Shown piece after piece: positions 1 through 12,199 of a stretch of DNA of 64,000 bases. Position numbers and translations under genes: made by a program. Origin of the DNA: Styela clava. Its lineage: Eukaryota. Position 1 is the first letter of the stretch, and every line of letters begins with the position of its first letter. The stretch is from assembly GCF_964204865.1 (NCBI RefSeq), contig NC_135250.1, forward strand, positions 4,030,001-4,094,000. The letters run 5' to 3'. Below the pieces are notes generated by a model. The model was given only the letters and a program-made list of their open reading frames with translations. It was not told where the DNA came from and did not search any database.

Positions 1-350
1 TATCAAAATTTCCATTGAAAATTCCAGATCATATTCATATAGGTTTGGATAGAAAAGCTCACTTATTAAAAAGCATTACTACGATAGATGACAATAACAA
101 GCAGAATAGATTTCGAATTAGGTATATTCCATAAGCCAAATTGTTGATTCCAGGACTAATCTAATAGTGTCTCCCTACATAAAGACCAGTATATTCTTGT
201 ACAGGGGCTTGTTTTGAACATGAACAGCCATTGTATAAACTAGTCAGTCCATTGTAAACTTTTCTCCAACAAAAGTCAACTTCCTTGAATATGCCAAGTT
301 TTTCTGTTAAACATTAATAACCCATTCAAAATATATTTCATCTTCGAAAA

Positions 351-541
351 TACGGAGTGTCCATAAAGTCTGTACAACTTCAATTTTGTTATGAAGTCAC
401 AGTTCTCAATATATTTTAACCAGGTTTGTTGTTTTTTAATCAGTAATTGTTCGAGTATTTTTACTTCATTTATTAATCTGTGAGGGTCAAAACAATATAT
501 GGTATCGATGAATTCCATTTTAAGACTTTATGGACACCCTA
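351..541. mobile_element. Tc1/mariner-type MITE
   Basis: Inverted ends TACGGAGTGTCCATAAAGTCT ... AGACTTTATGGACACCCTA, resembling CAGGGTGTCC-type mariner ends next to TA. Confidence 0.6.
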
Positions 542-1100
542 CATTATTCCAGAATGTATTCCAAATACCAAACTTCTGGATATGGTCATCCCGAATTAGT
601 ACCTTCATCTTGGATTCAGATTTCTCCTACATGATGAAGTATATACCAGTTTCCATTACTGTGGTATTTTGTAAATAATCTTCAACCCACAACTTCAAAA
701 GTTGTATCAACTGCCTAGAATGGCGAATTTAATTTGCATTTTTTACTTATTTGTGTTAGGATTTGTCAATATTGCAATTTTACCTGAAATGTTTTCATTT
801 TGCTAAATGTGATTACCGGTTCAGCCTGATGTTGTCTTCTTGTGGTGCGTTATTTATAGTTCAACACTGCTAACTTAATAGACTTTTCCCGGTTCAGAAT
901 ATGAATTTCTCTTGTTAAAATGAGACACTGCCTTTTTCTGATTGTAACTAGGACTAGACTGACCATTCGATTAAAAAACGGTTTTCTAGGGCTGGGTTCT
1001 GTATTTTGATAAGAAAACGAATAGTGTGCGGGGCCGCTACGTTTCTCTTACTGAGCTTGGAGGCTCCATATAGGGCACTTAGAGAATCTGTGTACTAGGG

Positions 1101-1413
1101 TAGAGCTACTCAACTATTTTTACCGAAGGTCCGCATACAAAATTTCAAAAATATTTGGGTCAGGACTTTACAGAAATTATATTTCGGCATCCTCAAACCA
1201 GCAATTCCTCGGCCGACTAATGATTCTTAACTAATCGAGATTGTTTGTTATGCCGTTATAGTTCTTATCATATATATTTTTAAATCCATAAAAGTGATTT
1301 TATAAAAGGAAACTTCAAAAGTGGGGCTAAGGATCCAAAATAAAAAATTATGCGCGAAACGAATACCCGAAAGGTCCGGATTCGGACCGCGGTCCGCCAG
1401 TTGAGTAGCCCTG
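1101..1413. mobile_element. hAT-type MITE
   Basis: TIRs TAGAGCTACTCAACT / AGTTGAGTAGCCCTG; 8-bp TSD TACTAGGG / TTCTAGGG. Confidence 0.75.
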
Positions 1414-1466
1414 TTCTAGGGTATAGTCTTTTCAGTTTAACAACCATTAGTAAATTTATTCATTAC

Positions 1467-1846
1467 TAGGGCTGGGCATTTTGAATCGAGAAGCAAATTA
1501 TTCGAATCGGTTCAGAGCTAAATTTCGAATCCCCACCATCTTGTTTTTATCTTTCCGCTAATAGTCGAGGTGAATTCCCCAATTTTTTTTTTTCATTGAA
1601 GTCATATTTTTCAACATATGACTATTTTCTGTAGTGAGTTATTGATAAAACGTGTTTGTTATTCTTTGTGAACGCTAAGCAATCTGTCTTAGTGATGTAT
1701 TCTATGATTTCAGTACATCATGTGTTGACAGGACCAATTACAATAAAAAAAAAGTTGCATACCATTATCTATTTTCGAGATTCGATTCGAAAAAATTATT
1801 CGATTTGATTCTGAAATCACAAGGTATTCGAAAATGCCCAGCCCTA
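1467..1846. mobile_element. hAT-type MITE (TAGGGCTGGGCA family)
   Basis: TIRs TAGGGCTGGGCATTTT / AAAATGCCCAGCCCTA; perfect 8-bp TSD TTCATTAC; related copies at 45581 and 62982. Confidence 0.85.
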
Positions 1847-2089
1847 TTCATTACTTATGTTTGTTTACTTATGATGTCACGACCTGACCTGTTATACATA
1901 GGTGCTGGCAAATTAGATGGGGTTTAATTATATTTTCTGGGTGATGTTTTAGGGGTACGATCCTAGCTAGTGCATGTAAATGATGAAATAAAGTAGATAA
2001 GTTTAAAAATGTCACCAAATTAAAGACATATTCTTTATTGATATAGTACGGTAATTACAAAGTGTTTCTTCAATAAGAGTTGAAAGTTT

Positions 2090-2258
2090 GGTACTTTACG
2101 AAGTATGTGTACCAGGTAAGGGTTAGGCCATAATTTATTCCAATTTCCCCCTATTTAGTTCCCCTGGCCATAGGTTTCAGTTCCTTTACATAAGTTGATG
2201 TGAAATAGGCGAACAAAATTAGTTACCTGCATATTGGTACACATAAACCTTGAGCGCC
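2090..2258. mobile_element. Merlin-like MITE, asymmetric subfamily
   Basis: GGTAC start, AGGGTTAGGCCATAAT core and internal sequence shared with the 18911 and 38966 copies; TSD degenerate. Confidence 0.6.
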
Positions 2259-3678
2259 CACAGAGTGCTACAATACAATGCTAAATTGATGATATTTTCA
2301 GATTTATTTCCTTATCAAATATCACACCATAAATAAGTTTTTAAAAACAGGATGCTTCCACTAAATCATCTATTGTACATTCTCCCAGCAAAGTGTTTGT
2401 CAATTGTTTAATTTAGTGTAACTTTTCTGTAGATCAATTGTTTGGTTGATTTGTGAATTCCCATAGCTTGCCTTGAACTTGCAAAATAAAACATCCTTTT
2501 GAGTGAGTTACTGAACACTGATACTGGTGAATTTTGTATTGGAAACTTAGTGGACAGGATATAGAAGTGCAGAAATTTGTGAGTTATTCATCAGTCTGTC
2601 CTATGGGATATCAAAGTTGTCAATTTTGTTATTCAATTCACTAGCAGAGTGATGTGTTACCGGTTTTCAGCATTAGATGGGAATGAAAAGTGGGGGCGAG
2701 AAATAAGTTTCAAGTAATCAACAAATGTTCGCAGTTGCATACTCATGTAAATACATGTACTGTCACCATAGTTCATTAATAATGCAGCCTTTGCATGTAC
2801 CAGTATTCAACATCTAATTATACTTTTAAAGAAGTCTAGGTTCACACTCACGAACTTGCTTTGTAATTGAAATGGAACCACCTGCAGTGAGCATATACTG
2901 GGTCACAGGGCGCAACCCTGTTTGTGAAATTCATTTTTGACAGACCTCCATCCTATTCCTGATCAATTTCATTGATTAACCAACGAGATACAAACGACTG
3001 CCACATCAATTCAATAGATGTAATGGCTTTTTGATTGAAATCAATCATTTAAGATTGATCAGACTCTTTTAACATCATTCCGGACCCCTGTTTGGGAGAC
3101 GAATTTGCCTGGGGGCATCAATATAGTAGTCTGATTACACTAGCCTCTTATGTTTAAGAGAACAGCAAACTAATATTTTGATATAGGTATATTTAGTATG
3201 ATTGTGAAATATATTTGTACAAATTTTAACAAGATATTTTGTGTAAAATGCAATAAACAATATTTGTAAGTCTTCATTTAAATTGATGTGCAAATGAAGT
3301 TGAGTGAACACTTATATAATTTTTAAAAAAAAAAGTTGATAAAAACCTATTAAAAAAAAATAATGTCCATTGACAAACAAAAAATGGAAAATATGAGCAT
3401 GATTATGAAACAATAATTTAACACTTAATATTCATTTTCACTCAAGTCTTCTCATAGATAATACACAATCCCCCACCTGAAAATAACACTGATGAGGTAC
3501 TAAAACTTGAGATAACCACTGCCTCAAATATTAACATGTTTAACAAATATTCTTTAGATAAATCAGTAGTTATCAGTTAACATGGGCCTATATATCTTAT
3601 ATATACATGTTTAAATGTTTATTCTTTGCCAAAGGAAATACGAATATTTGTGGTGGACTTTTGAGAATGTAAAATTAT

Positions 3679-5022
3679 CTATTTATTTTTTGTCATATAG
3701 AAGAAATTTTTCATTGCCACTGCTTTACCGTTGAAAATATGTTCTGTAGTTGCATCTGGCAATTCGGTAATTTCAAAATGATCTCCAAAAATATCACAAA
3801 CCATTTTTGAACATGTGTGATATGCTGGTCCATTGGGGTTAACGAATCCATCAAAATTGAAAGCACAAAGAAGATAACTTGCATCTGTGGTCAGTTTCTC
3901 AGTGATAACATTTGCATATTTTTGCCGTTCTTGGGGTTTTATGACTACTATACTTGCGTAATCCCAAACTGCATCGCACTTTTCAAATTTCAAGCTCGGC
4001 AGATTAAATATGTCTCCTGCATATAATGTGATATCGAGTTCTTCAGACTTTGACTTGAATACCTGAACAAGGATTGATATTTTTTAGATTTCTAAGCGTT
4101 GGGAGCAATAAAATATTATCGGGAGTCATCACAATTATTTCTAGCTATCAATAATGCAATATATTTAGTTGTCTGACCTATTCTACACCAGTCGCTCTGA
4201 ACAAGGCTCCGTACAAGCAGCCACTGATTGCTGCTATAGTTCAGAATGACCAGAAGACGGTTCGGCATTGCCTACCTAATTTAGAGTTGAGAGATTCTGG
4301 CTTGTGGCACCAATATGATTATTTCTGATGCTTCACCCATTAAATGAATGAAAATCTCATGATTTGTTAGACCTAAACCAGTTTATAGCCCACCCATGGC
4401 CCCCTTTCCTGGCTTTTAGCCCTTACGGTAATCAGTTACTCATTCCAGTGGTTTTATAGTGCTATTTTAATTGGTAAATTCCAAATCCCATTATGTTCAA
4501 ACAATTCATGCTCAACAAGGGAAAATACCCTTATTAAGCAATGTCCCATGCTTCACCCACCAAATGAACGAAAATTTCATAACTATCCATATGCATGAAA
4601 CCATGTGAAATTCCTAGACGCACCGAAACATGTTGACGCATTACACTCAATTGAATTAGTAGTAATTCATTTGATTGAAGTTTATGCCTACTTAAAGATG
4701 AAAAGAATACCTTGAAATTACCATCTTGTGCTTCACTAAATTCCATATTATGTTCAACAAAGAATTCTTTTAAAACAGTTTCAGAGCAGTCAAGCCCAAT
4801 GACAGAATGCCCTTTGCTGGCAAGCCATTCCATATCATAAGACTTTGCACATAACGGCACAAGGACACGATACGATTTACCAGAATCAGGAAAAAGCAGC
4901 TTTTCTTGCCTCAGAAGATCTTCATTATATTCCTTTTTCATGTGTTTGGATAATTTCCCTGAATCCCAATGATTGTTCCAATCTTGTGTGGACCATTCCT
5001 GGTTCTTGGGTGGATTTGCCAT
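3679..5022 (-). CDS. TPMT: Thiopurine S-methyltransferase (TPMT) family SAM-dependent methyltransferase, copy 1; 2 exons, about 231 aa
   Basis: Exons 5022-4711 and 4062-3679 joined in phase 0 by a GT..AG intron. Motifs RVLVPLCAKSYDM, GHSVIGLDCSE, ITLYAGDIF, DAVWDYASIVVIKP, YLLCAF. Confidence 0.85.
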
Positions 5023-6077
5023 TTTGAAAACCTACTTTTTTGGTCTCATTACATAAAAACAAGAATAATAGCAGAATGAAATAAAGCAATCAAAAATTCG
5101 ATAACCCCCAAAATCTTGAAATGTAAGCTCCAAAGCAGCGGATCTCAACCATAAGTCTGTGGCCCCTTAAAAGGGAGGGGCAGTTGGAGAGGGGCCACAA
5201 TGCAAACCGCAAAACTGATTTTACTATTCCCTTTACAAGAGAATTTCCTGTTCGCTCCAGTTTCATTCCTTGACAACGTTATGTATTTAACAGGTTATTT
5301 TCACTTTGCTAAGCATAAAATGTTTTTTCCCAATGAGATTCAAAATCAACCAATAAAAATAACACTATTAAATACTACTGTAATGACAAACAGAGGGGCC
5401 TTAAGTGCTAAAAGCCTCCAGAAGGAGGCCACGAGCCTTAATATGGAAAGAAGATTCATGTTTTTCCTTGGCTTTTATTAATAAAATTGTCATTAGGGCA
5501 GCTCATAACTCGAGAAAGTTTGAGTCTTTTATGGAAACTCAGTTTTGAAGAAGCTGATCTACATTTAGTTTGGCAAAAATCTGAAGGTTACCGACGCGAC
5601 GATTCTCTCGTAATTCATTTATCTAGTATTATAAACAGTAATCAAATTCATTTACTATATCTCCCTCACTCGTAACATTTTAGATCAACAAAAACACAAC
5701 ACATATTTACAAACTCCATTTCTTTTATTTTCCTTCAAAATATTTCTGAAACAAACTTCACTCATAAATAGTACATTATTGCACTTCAGCAATAGCATGA
5801 TATCCAAAAACCCTATCCTAAATGCAAAATAAGGAAAAGCACTAAAATAGTTTGTCAGAAATATACCGGTAACAGCCATGACACTAATTTGGAAAAATAA
5901 TAATAAAAATTTGTTTGAAGTTTGAAATTCCTTGTCAAATTTCCCTTCCATCAAGAGATTATCATTTATTCATGTTTTTTCAACAATAACATTATATAAT
6001 ATTCCTAAAAAATCACCGACAAAATGTTATTATAAAATTAATAATATTTGCACCAAAAAAATGAATACACATAAATC

Positions 6078-6321
6078 GGTGCTCCTGAAGTATGCGAACC
6101 AAGATGGCGGACATCGGAACGTAACATGGGTAACAGGTTGAGGTTAGGCGATAATTTTTTTCCAATTTTCCTTATTTTAGTCCAATTATCAGTTCGAAGA
6201 CTAGCCAAGAGCCTCCCGTAGTATTTATACCTAAAATTATGGCCTAACCCTAACCTAGTACTGTAGTACACATATTACATTCCAATGTCCGCCATCTTGG
6301 TTCGCATACTTCGGGAGCCCC
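6078..6321. mobile_element. Merlin-like MITE, long subfamily
   Basis: GGTGCTCC..GGAGCCCC ends with long TIRs containing CAAGATGGCGG; perfect 8-bp TSD CATAAATC; internal GTTAGG / CCTAACCCTAACC. Confidence 0.85.
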
Positions 6322-6492
6322 CATAAATCAAACATCTTTTCTGAGATACATACGGTAAATTAAAGACTATTTTAAGCAGCAAACTTCATAATATACCTTC
6401 AGTTCAGGAATTTAGGAAATAATTTTACTTAAAATGATTGTTATTCTTGTTTATAATATAGTTATCGGTAGGTGTGTTCACAAAGAAAGGTT

Positions 6493-6599
6493 GGTACTCC
6501 TGAAGTATGCACACCAAGATGTCGCATAACCTGAACTCTAACCTGGTACACAACCTGAGTTCAGGTTGTGCGCCATCTTGGTGCGCATACTTCAGGTCC
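6493..6599. mobile_element. Merlin-like MITE, short hairpin subfamily
   Basis: Near-perfect hairpin; TSD GAAAGGTT / GAATGGTT; homologous to the 21732, 31492 and 54280 copies. Confidence 0.75.
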
Positions 6600-8083
6600 G
6601 AATGGTTCCTATCAAAAATATTACTATTATTCATAGCTTTACAATGCTCTTTCCTCTTAATAATTTCACAATGAAGGGCACTAATTATGACACAAGCCCC
6701 ATTCTCTAGTTTGTCCTTTAAACTAACAAGTAGAAATCAAATCATTTACATAAAAAAAAAAAAAAAATTTCTCATATGAAAATAGACCAGGATTATTCGC
6801 AAATGATAAGGCTAATATTAACATATGTTCATTAGAAAGTTCTCAAAACAACAGAATATCATATTAAAAATGTTGGTAATTTAGGAAATAATTTTACTTA
6901 AATGATTGTTATTTTGGTTTGAAATATAATTACGGTATGTATGCAAAGAAATATACATATCAAAATTAATACTAAGCTAAACCGTTATCATGGTCGTGCC
7001 TGTTTATAAGACAGAAGACTCGTGGTATGAAAACTCATCTGCCATTTCAGTCCCCTATAAAATATGAACAAAAAAACAAAAATCTAAAATAAAATGTTTT
7101 TGGAATTCAGATAGAAACCAACCAAGGCCAATATTTTCATCCAAAAGTTATTACAAAATATTATTCTTGTAGTGAAAACAAGGCAGCAAAGAAAACCAAG
7201 GAACGCTCGAATAACTCCTACTGGAATACATAAATATATTCAAACAAAAATAGGTAGAAAAAAGTCGGGGATGTAAAACAAGGGCGCAGCATGTAATTTT
7301 TTAAAAAAGTCGGGGGTCAGACATTTTTTATTGCAGAGTTATAGTTTTACAAAAATTTGATATAATGAATTTGCGTAACAGTAATGCAGCATATGTTCTA
7401 TTTATATAATATTACTTTTAATTGCAAGGTGGAAAATGAACAAAAATTTATTACACTGATTTTTTTATGCTTAGTACAACGTTTTGGAAAATGTTTTTAT
7501 TTAAACTTGGCTCAATAAACTTTCTTGGACACAGCTAATATGATTGATAAATATTTAATTGTAAGTCAAAAATACAGACAAAAAAATAATGCAACATTTC
7601 AAACTAACGTATATTTTGAATTTAAGGTTTAATATGCAAAACAGCTACCGGCCAACATAATCTAGCAAGTACTTTTTCAATGCATGTTTCTGCGATTTTA
7701 AAAATTTGCTTGGGGCACAGAGAAATGAAAGAAAATTAAGAAATTGGATAGGAAATTGAAAAACTGCTTTCGGATATAGACTGTGAGGCATCTTCACTGA
7801 AGAGTGAGAACTGTCAAATGAATTGGACTATTGACATGCAAAAGGCTTATCCTCACCTACATGGTGTTTATTGGTACATACTGGGTGACCCAAATAAAAA
7901 CAAACATATAAATTTTCTAATTACTTCCATGAAAATAAAGAATATTTACCACTAAAACTTCTGTTTATGATTGTAACCAAAAATTTTAGTAAACCAGGCG
8001 GCATTGCACAAAAATTGTTTGCAAAATCGCAGAATAATGTTTCATTGTATGATAGCATTTTCATGTTCTAAATGATTCTTGTT

Positions 8084-8297
8084 GTGCTCCCGAAGTATGC
8101 GAACCAAGATGGCGGACATCGGAACGTAACATGGGTAACAGGTTAGGGTTAGGCAATAATTGTTTTCCAATTTTCCTTATTTTAGTCCTATTATCAGTTC
8201 GAAGACTAGCCAAGAGCCTCCCGTAGTATTCATACCTAAAATTATGGCCTAACCCTAACCTGGTACGCCATCTTGGTTCGCATACTTCGGGAGCCCC
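8084..8297. mobile_element. Merlin-like MITE, long subfamily, downstream of the SEC63 stop
   Basis: Nearly identical to 6078-6321 and 59936-60162. Confidence 0.8.
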
Positions 8298-8512
8298 TTT
8301 TTTGGGGGTCAGCCTGCGAGTTTTAATGCTCATAATAATAATCCTAACATCATATGCTGTTTTCACATATCTCAACATCAAGAAATAGATATGGTATGAA
8401 CAATTTTATATAAACTTTGGAGTAAAACACCGGAAATACAATACAAAAAACAATAGCGCACTCTTCAACAAAACTATCCTGTTTGGAAACCATTCATTTG
8501 ACCTCTGACCTC

Positions 8513-10732
8513 TTATTCTTCATCCGAAGTTTCATCTGTTGAGATTCCTTCATCTTCACTTTCCTCTACGACAGCAGATTCATCCTCTTCTTCAGAATCC
8601 TCAATTTTCCATTGAGGGTGATCCTCGTCAATTTCTTTTGCTTCTTCCACATTAAATTTCAATTCCTTTTTAACGTCGCAATCTAAATATGAATCGGAAC
8701 GAACCCAAACATCGTACGAGTAACGTCCCGGACTTTGTGGTGCTGGAAACTTTAATTCAACTTCTTGTGAATCTGCTAGATTGCATACCTGCACTGGTAC
8801 AGTTAAAAGTAAATGTCTCTTGCGACTGCATATGTAGACCCACCACCACTCTTGTTTTTCAAGCGGAAAATTAGGAGCGTAAACGGTGTGAGTCATCTTA
8901 TCTCCGGTGTCGGCCATTTTCTTTCGCTTCTTTTTAAAAGTTTGTTGCATTGCTTCCCATTCATCCTCATCGTCGTAAGAATCCGCAGACGTTTCTGTAT
9001 CGGAAAGTTCCGATTCCGTCATATCACCTTTAGTGTCATCAACCTTTTCCATGTCTGCTTTATCACCTGACGCTTCCTCCCCACTTTTTTCAGTCGTATC
9101 AGAATGTTGAGGTTGTTGCTGGGTTGGTTTCTTTTGTGCGGCTTTTTTTGGTTTCTTTTTCGCCCCTTTTTTCTTTTTACTTTGCTTTTCCCATACTTTG
9201 GTTTTTGTAACAACGTTGTTTTGCTCCATTTCGTCACCATCCCCTTGTTTATCTGCAGAAGAATTAACGCCAGCAAGCCTCGGTGGATCTTCTTCTAAAT
9301 CGCCAAGTTTTTTCCTAATCAAAGATACTGTGACGGTAACAATCGCACCTGCTGTAATGATATGGGCTTCCTCATCATCTAACACTTGAATATGGACGTC
9401 AACTTCAAGCATTGGTAAACTCTTTAAACACGCGACCATCGTGTCATATTCCTCATCTCCCATACGTCGCAACATTTGTCTGCGGTCGTGATCGTTTATT
9501 TTTGAGAGAGTTTTAAGATTTCGAACCGAAATTTTTTTCGTCAAACAGAACTTGACATAATCATCACTGAAGTAAGGGAGTTGCAATAAAGGAGATTTAG
9601 TTTCTTTAAGGCCTTGAACCATTGTGGGTGACAGTTTCATGACAGTCTCAACAGTTTCAAGTCTTGGTAAGCTAGCCCTGTCGGCATGAGCAAGCGCGGT
9701 CAGCTGAGTCAAACAGTTAACCATTTCTTGGACTAATAGCGGACATTTTCTCAAAATATAATCCAAATCTTCTAATAGATTATCAGGTGCTTCATGACCA
9801 GCTAAATGGCAATAAATCAGTGTTCTTGCTTTTACACTGTAAGGTAAATGCAGGGGTGCTTCACGTCCTTTAGGGTCAAAGGGCGTTCCTAGTATTCGTA
9901 TCAAGTCTGGTATATCAATGTTATCAGCGGGCGTAGGTGCACGAACTTCAGGATTATGATCACGGGAGAATTCAAATGAGGCAGACAAAATTGTGAGAGC
10001 CCGTTTTAAATTCATATTCGGTGTACGATTAAAGAAATAATAATACAATTGTGTGGTGCTGAGCAAAACTTTTTCCTTGCTGTATTTTATGGATCGATTC
10101 CACCATATTCCAACTATTATTGGAAGAATTATCATAAAAGCTAAAACGTAAAGTCCAAGAACAACAACTGAATTTTCGGAATCGACAATCCAACTTGGCA
10201 AAGCAATACCAAACTCCATTGCTTGAGGACCATCAGGGTTACCATATTCTTCCCAATTTTTTCTTGTAGCTTCGTCTGTCAAAGCTTCATAAGCTTTTCG
10301 AATTCTCATAAATACTGCTGGATCTCCACCTTTATCAGGATGAAATTCTTTCGACAGTTTCCTGTAAGCTTTTTTGATCACAACATTGTCCGCTCCCTCT
10401 CTAATTCCCAAAACTTCATAAGGATCGTATTCCACAAAATCACGCTCAATCATCGATACTTTGTAAGCGAGAATGAAAAATCCAATCCAAGCTAAAACTA
10501 TAAATATTTTACGGAAACTTGGCTTTTTCCGCTTCTTTTGCAATTCTTCGAGACATTTTTTATACCATTTGCTTTTAGCATGAATACTTCTAAGTTTTTG
10601 CAATCGTTTTTCTTCCTCTTTGAAACCTTTTGGCCACAGGTAGTACGTGGCAGGTATTAAGACCATTGCAAAAAAGGACACAATAAAATATAGGAAAGTT
10701 GTTCCTTTTTCGTCATAATTAATTTGTGCCAT
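8513..10732 (-). CDS. SEC63: Translocation protein SEC63 homolog, single coding exon, 739 aa
   Basis: N-terminus MAQINYDEKGTTFLYFIVSF, three TM segments, J domain with HPD (FHPDKGGD, YGNPDGPQ), Sec63/Brl domain, acidic C-terminal tail. Splice acceptor TTTTAACAG 36 nt upstream of the ATG. Confidence 0.96.
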   Translation of the reverse strand: MAQINYDEKGTTFLYFIVSFFAMVLIPATYYLWPKGFKEEEKRLQKLRSIHAKSKWYKKCLEELQKKRKKPSFRKIFIVLAWIGFFILAYKVSMIERDFVEYDPYEVLGIREGADNVVIKKAYRKLSKEFHPDKGGDPAVFMRIRKAYEALTDEATRKNWEEYGNPDGPQAMEFGIALPSWIVDSENSVVVLGLYVLAFMIILPIIVGIWWNRSIKYSKEKVLLSTTQLYYYFFNRTPNMNLKRALTILSASFEFSRDHNPEVRAPTPADNIDIPDLIRILGTPFDPKGREAPLHLPYSVKARTLIYCHLAGHEAPDNLLEDLDYILRKCPLLVQEMVNCLTQLTALAHADRASLPRLETVETVMKLSPTMVQGLKETKSPLLQLPYFSDDYVKFCLTKKISVRNLKTLSKINDHDRRQMLRRMGDEEYDTMVACLKSLPMLEVDVHIQVLDDEEAHIITAGAIVTVTVSLIRKKLGDLEEDPPRLAGVNSSADKQGDGDEMEQNNVVTKTKVWEKQSKKKKGAKKKPKKAAQKKPTQQQPQHSDTTEKSGEEASGDKADMEKVDDTKGDMTESELSDTETSADSYDDEDEWEAMQQTFKKKRKKMADTGDKMTHTVYAPNFPLEKQEWWWVYICSRKRHLLLTVPVQVCNLADSQEVELKFPAPQSPGRYSYDVWVRSDSYLDCDVKKELKFNVEEAKEIDEDHPQWKIEDSEEEDESAVVEESEDEGISTDETSDEE

Positions 10733-11639
10733 ATTTGAATTACTTTAGTCTAAGATTGAAGTAGTTGTCTGTTAAAATAGTTTATAAATGTGTTAGAAAA
10801 AGTTATTACAACAAAATTCTCCAAATTTGTAATTTTTCTATTATTGTTTACCTCACTGTCTGAATCTGTCAATTGTCCTAATAAACAGTTAATAAAATAA
10901 AATGTTAAAAAAAAAATTGTTCCAAGTAGAATAATTTAAGAATATTGGGAAGAAAAAAAAAGTGGACACTTTTGCATATTAGCATGCACAAATCTGAAAT
11001 GTGTCACACACAAAGCTAAATTCATTTTCACAATATACAGATATATAATTTTGTAATATGTAATGTTGTAAAGATAATACCGGAACTGGACATTCGACAC
11101 AGAGTTCAATTCTGCAAGTCCATGGCTGACAAGGCTGAGATATTTCAATTTGGAATTTAGAAAAAAAATTCTAAAAATATATCGAACACCCAGATAAGAA
11201 ATGCTGTTAAAGTTAACATCAGACAGCCAGATGTCAATTTTGCATCATCTACTCATAGGACTGTAGGATCTGAAACTTCATACCGAAAGTAAATTCAGAA
11301 ATTGGAATTACAGAATTAACTTACTACTGTACTTTGCAATTTCACTTCAGAAATGCCCCAGTACAGCAGTACCGTACCAGTAGACTGCCAATATCGCAAT
11401 CTGGGAATAGAAAGACAGAGCACATTGCTCCATATTCAGACTCTAAAATACCAGAATGCTGAAATAATTAACAAAAATCGTCCACAGGCAGCCAGACAAC
11501 CAACATCATGTTGCGATAACGGTATTGTCTAAAATTTAAGATAAGCGAACAAAGGCTATCAGAAGGTCATGTTGCAGGTACCAAATACCGGAGTTTCAGT
11601 TTCTAATATATGCGATAGCTTAATATAATATATAATTAA

Positions 11640-12170
11640 TACTTCCCTGCGGGCCTTTTTCGCCATACGGTAGCAAACAATCGACGCGAAAGCAAGCACG
11701 TCAGCCGCCAGGAAACAACATTTTGACACGACTTCGTGGATGAGTAAATGTGATTACCGGTACTGAGAAATAATTAAACTTCAACGCCAGGTGGTGGCGC
11801 TACATGTTATTTAAAATGCTGCAACCAGAGCCAACAGTCTGCTGCAGCGGTTGTATAACTCTGAAACAATTCTACATTCTAACCAGAGTTTCTATTTATT
11901 CTAAAATTAAGAAACTAAAAGGAGCAAAAGTGAAAATCAATATGAGCATAGACTTTTTTGATTACTCCCGTAACATTGACTAATCAGCAGCATGGTAATG
12001 GTGACGTTACAATTGAAATCTCGGGAGCCGCTCAGACATTTTTTTTTCACGCAGACAGATTTTTAGGTATGGTAATGAGAGTTACCGCGATTTGGTTATT
12101 TTATTAGCTATTTGTCAGTTCTAAGCAATGACATTAAACAACATGATAGGCAACTCTGACGTCACTCCAT
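11640..12170 (-). promoter_or_regulatory. Probable SEC63 promoter region with ACGT-core bZIP motifs
   Basis: Locally CpG-richer DNA about 1 kb upstream of SEC63; CACGTCA at 11697-11703 and palindromic TGACGTCA at 12157-12164. Confidence 0.35.
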
Positions 12171-12199
12171 AAGACTACATGCGAAAGATTGTATTTCAT

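Noticed and set aside
620-830. ATGATGA..CTGA motifs as C/D snoRNAs (also 20861, 57070)
   Set aside because: Box spacing, terminal stems or strand relative to the host gene do not fit; such motifs are expected by chance in AT-rich DNA.
6411-6950. About 70-bp direct repeat at 6411 and 6880
   Set aside because: Old local duplication in AT-rich DNA with no sign of function or LTR features.
6038-8381. Recurring ORFs with [23 protein letters not shown] (also 59926, 61515, 51551, 43680)
   Set aside because: They are translations of the repeated MITE family; GGTTAGGGTTAGG reads RLGLG. They are not a protein family.
8689-10495. Several short ORFs overlapping SEC63
   Set aside because: Antisense or alternative-frame shadows of a long real CDS.
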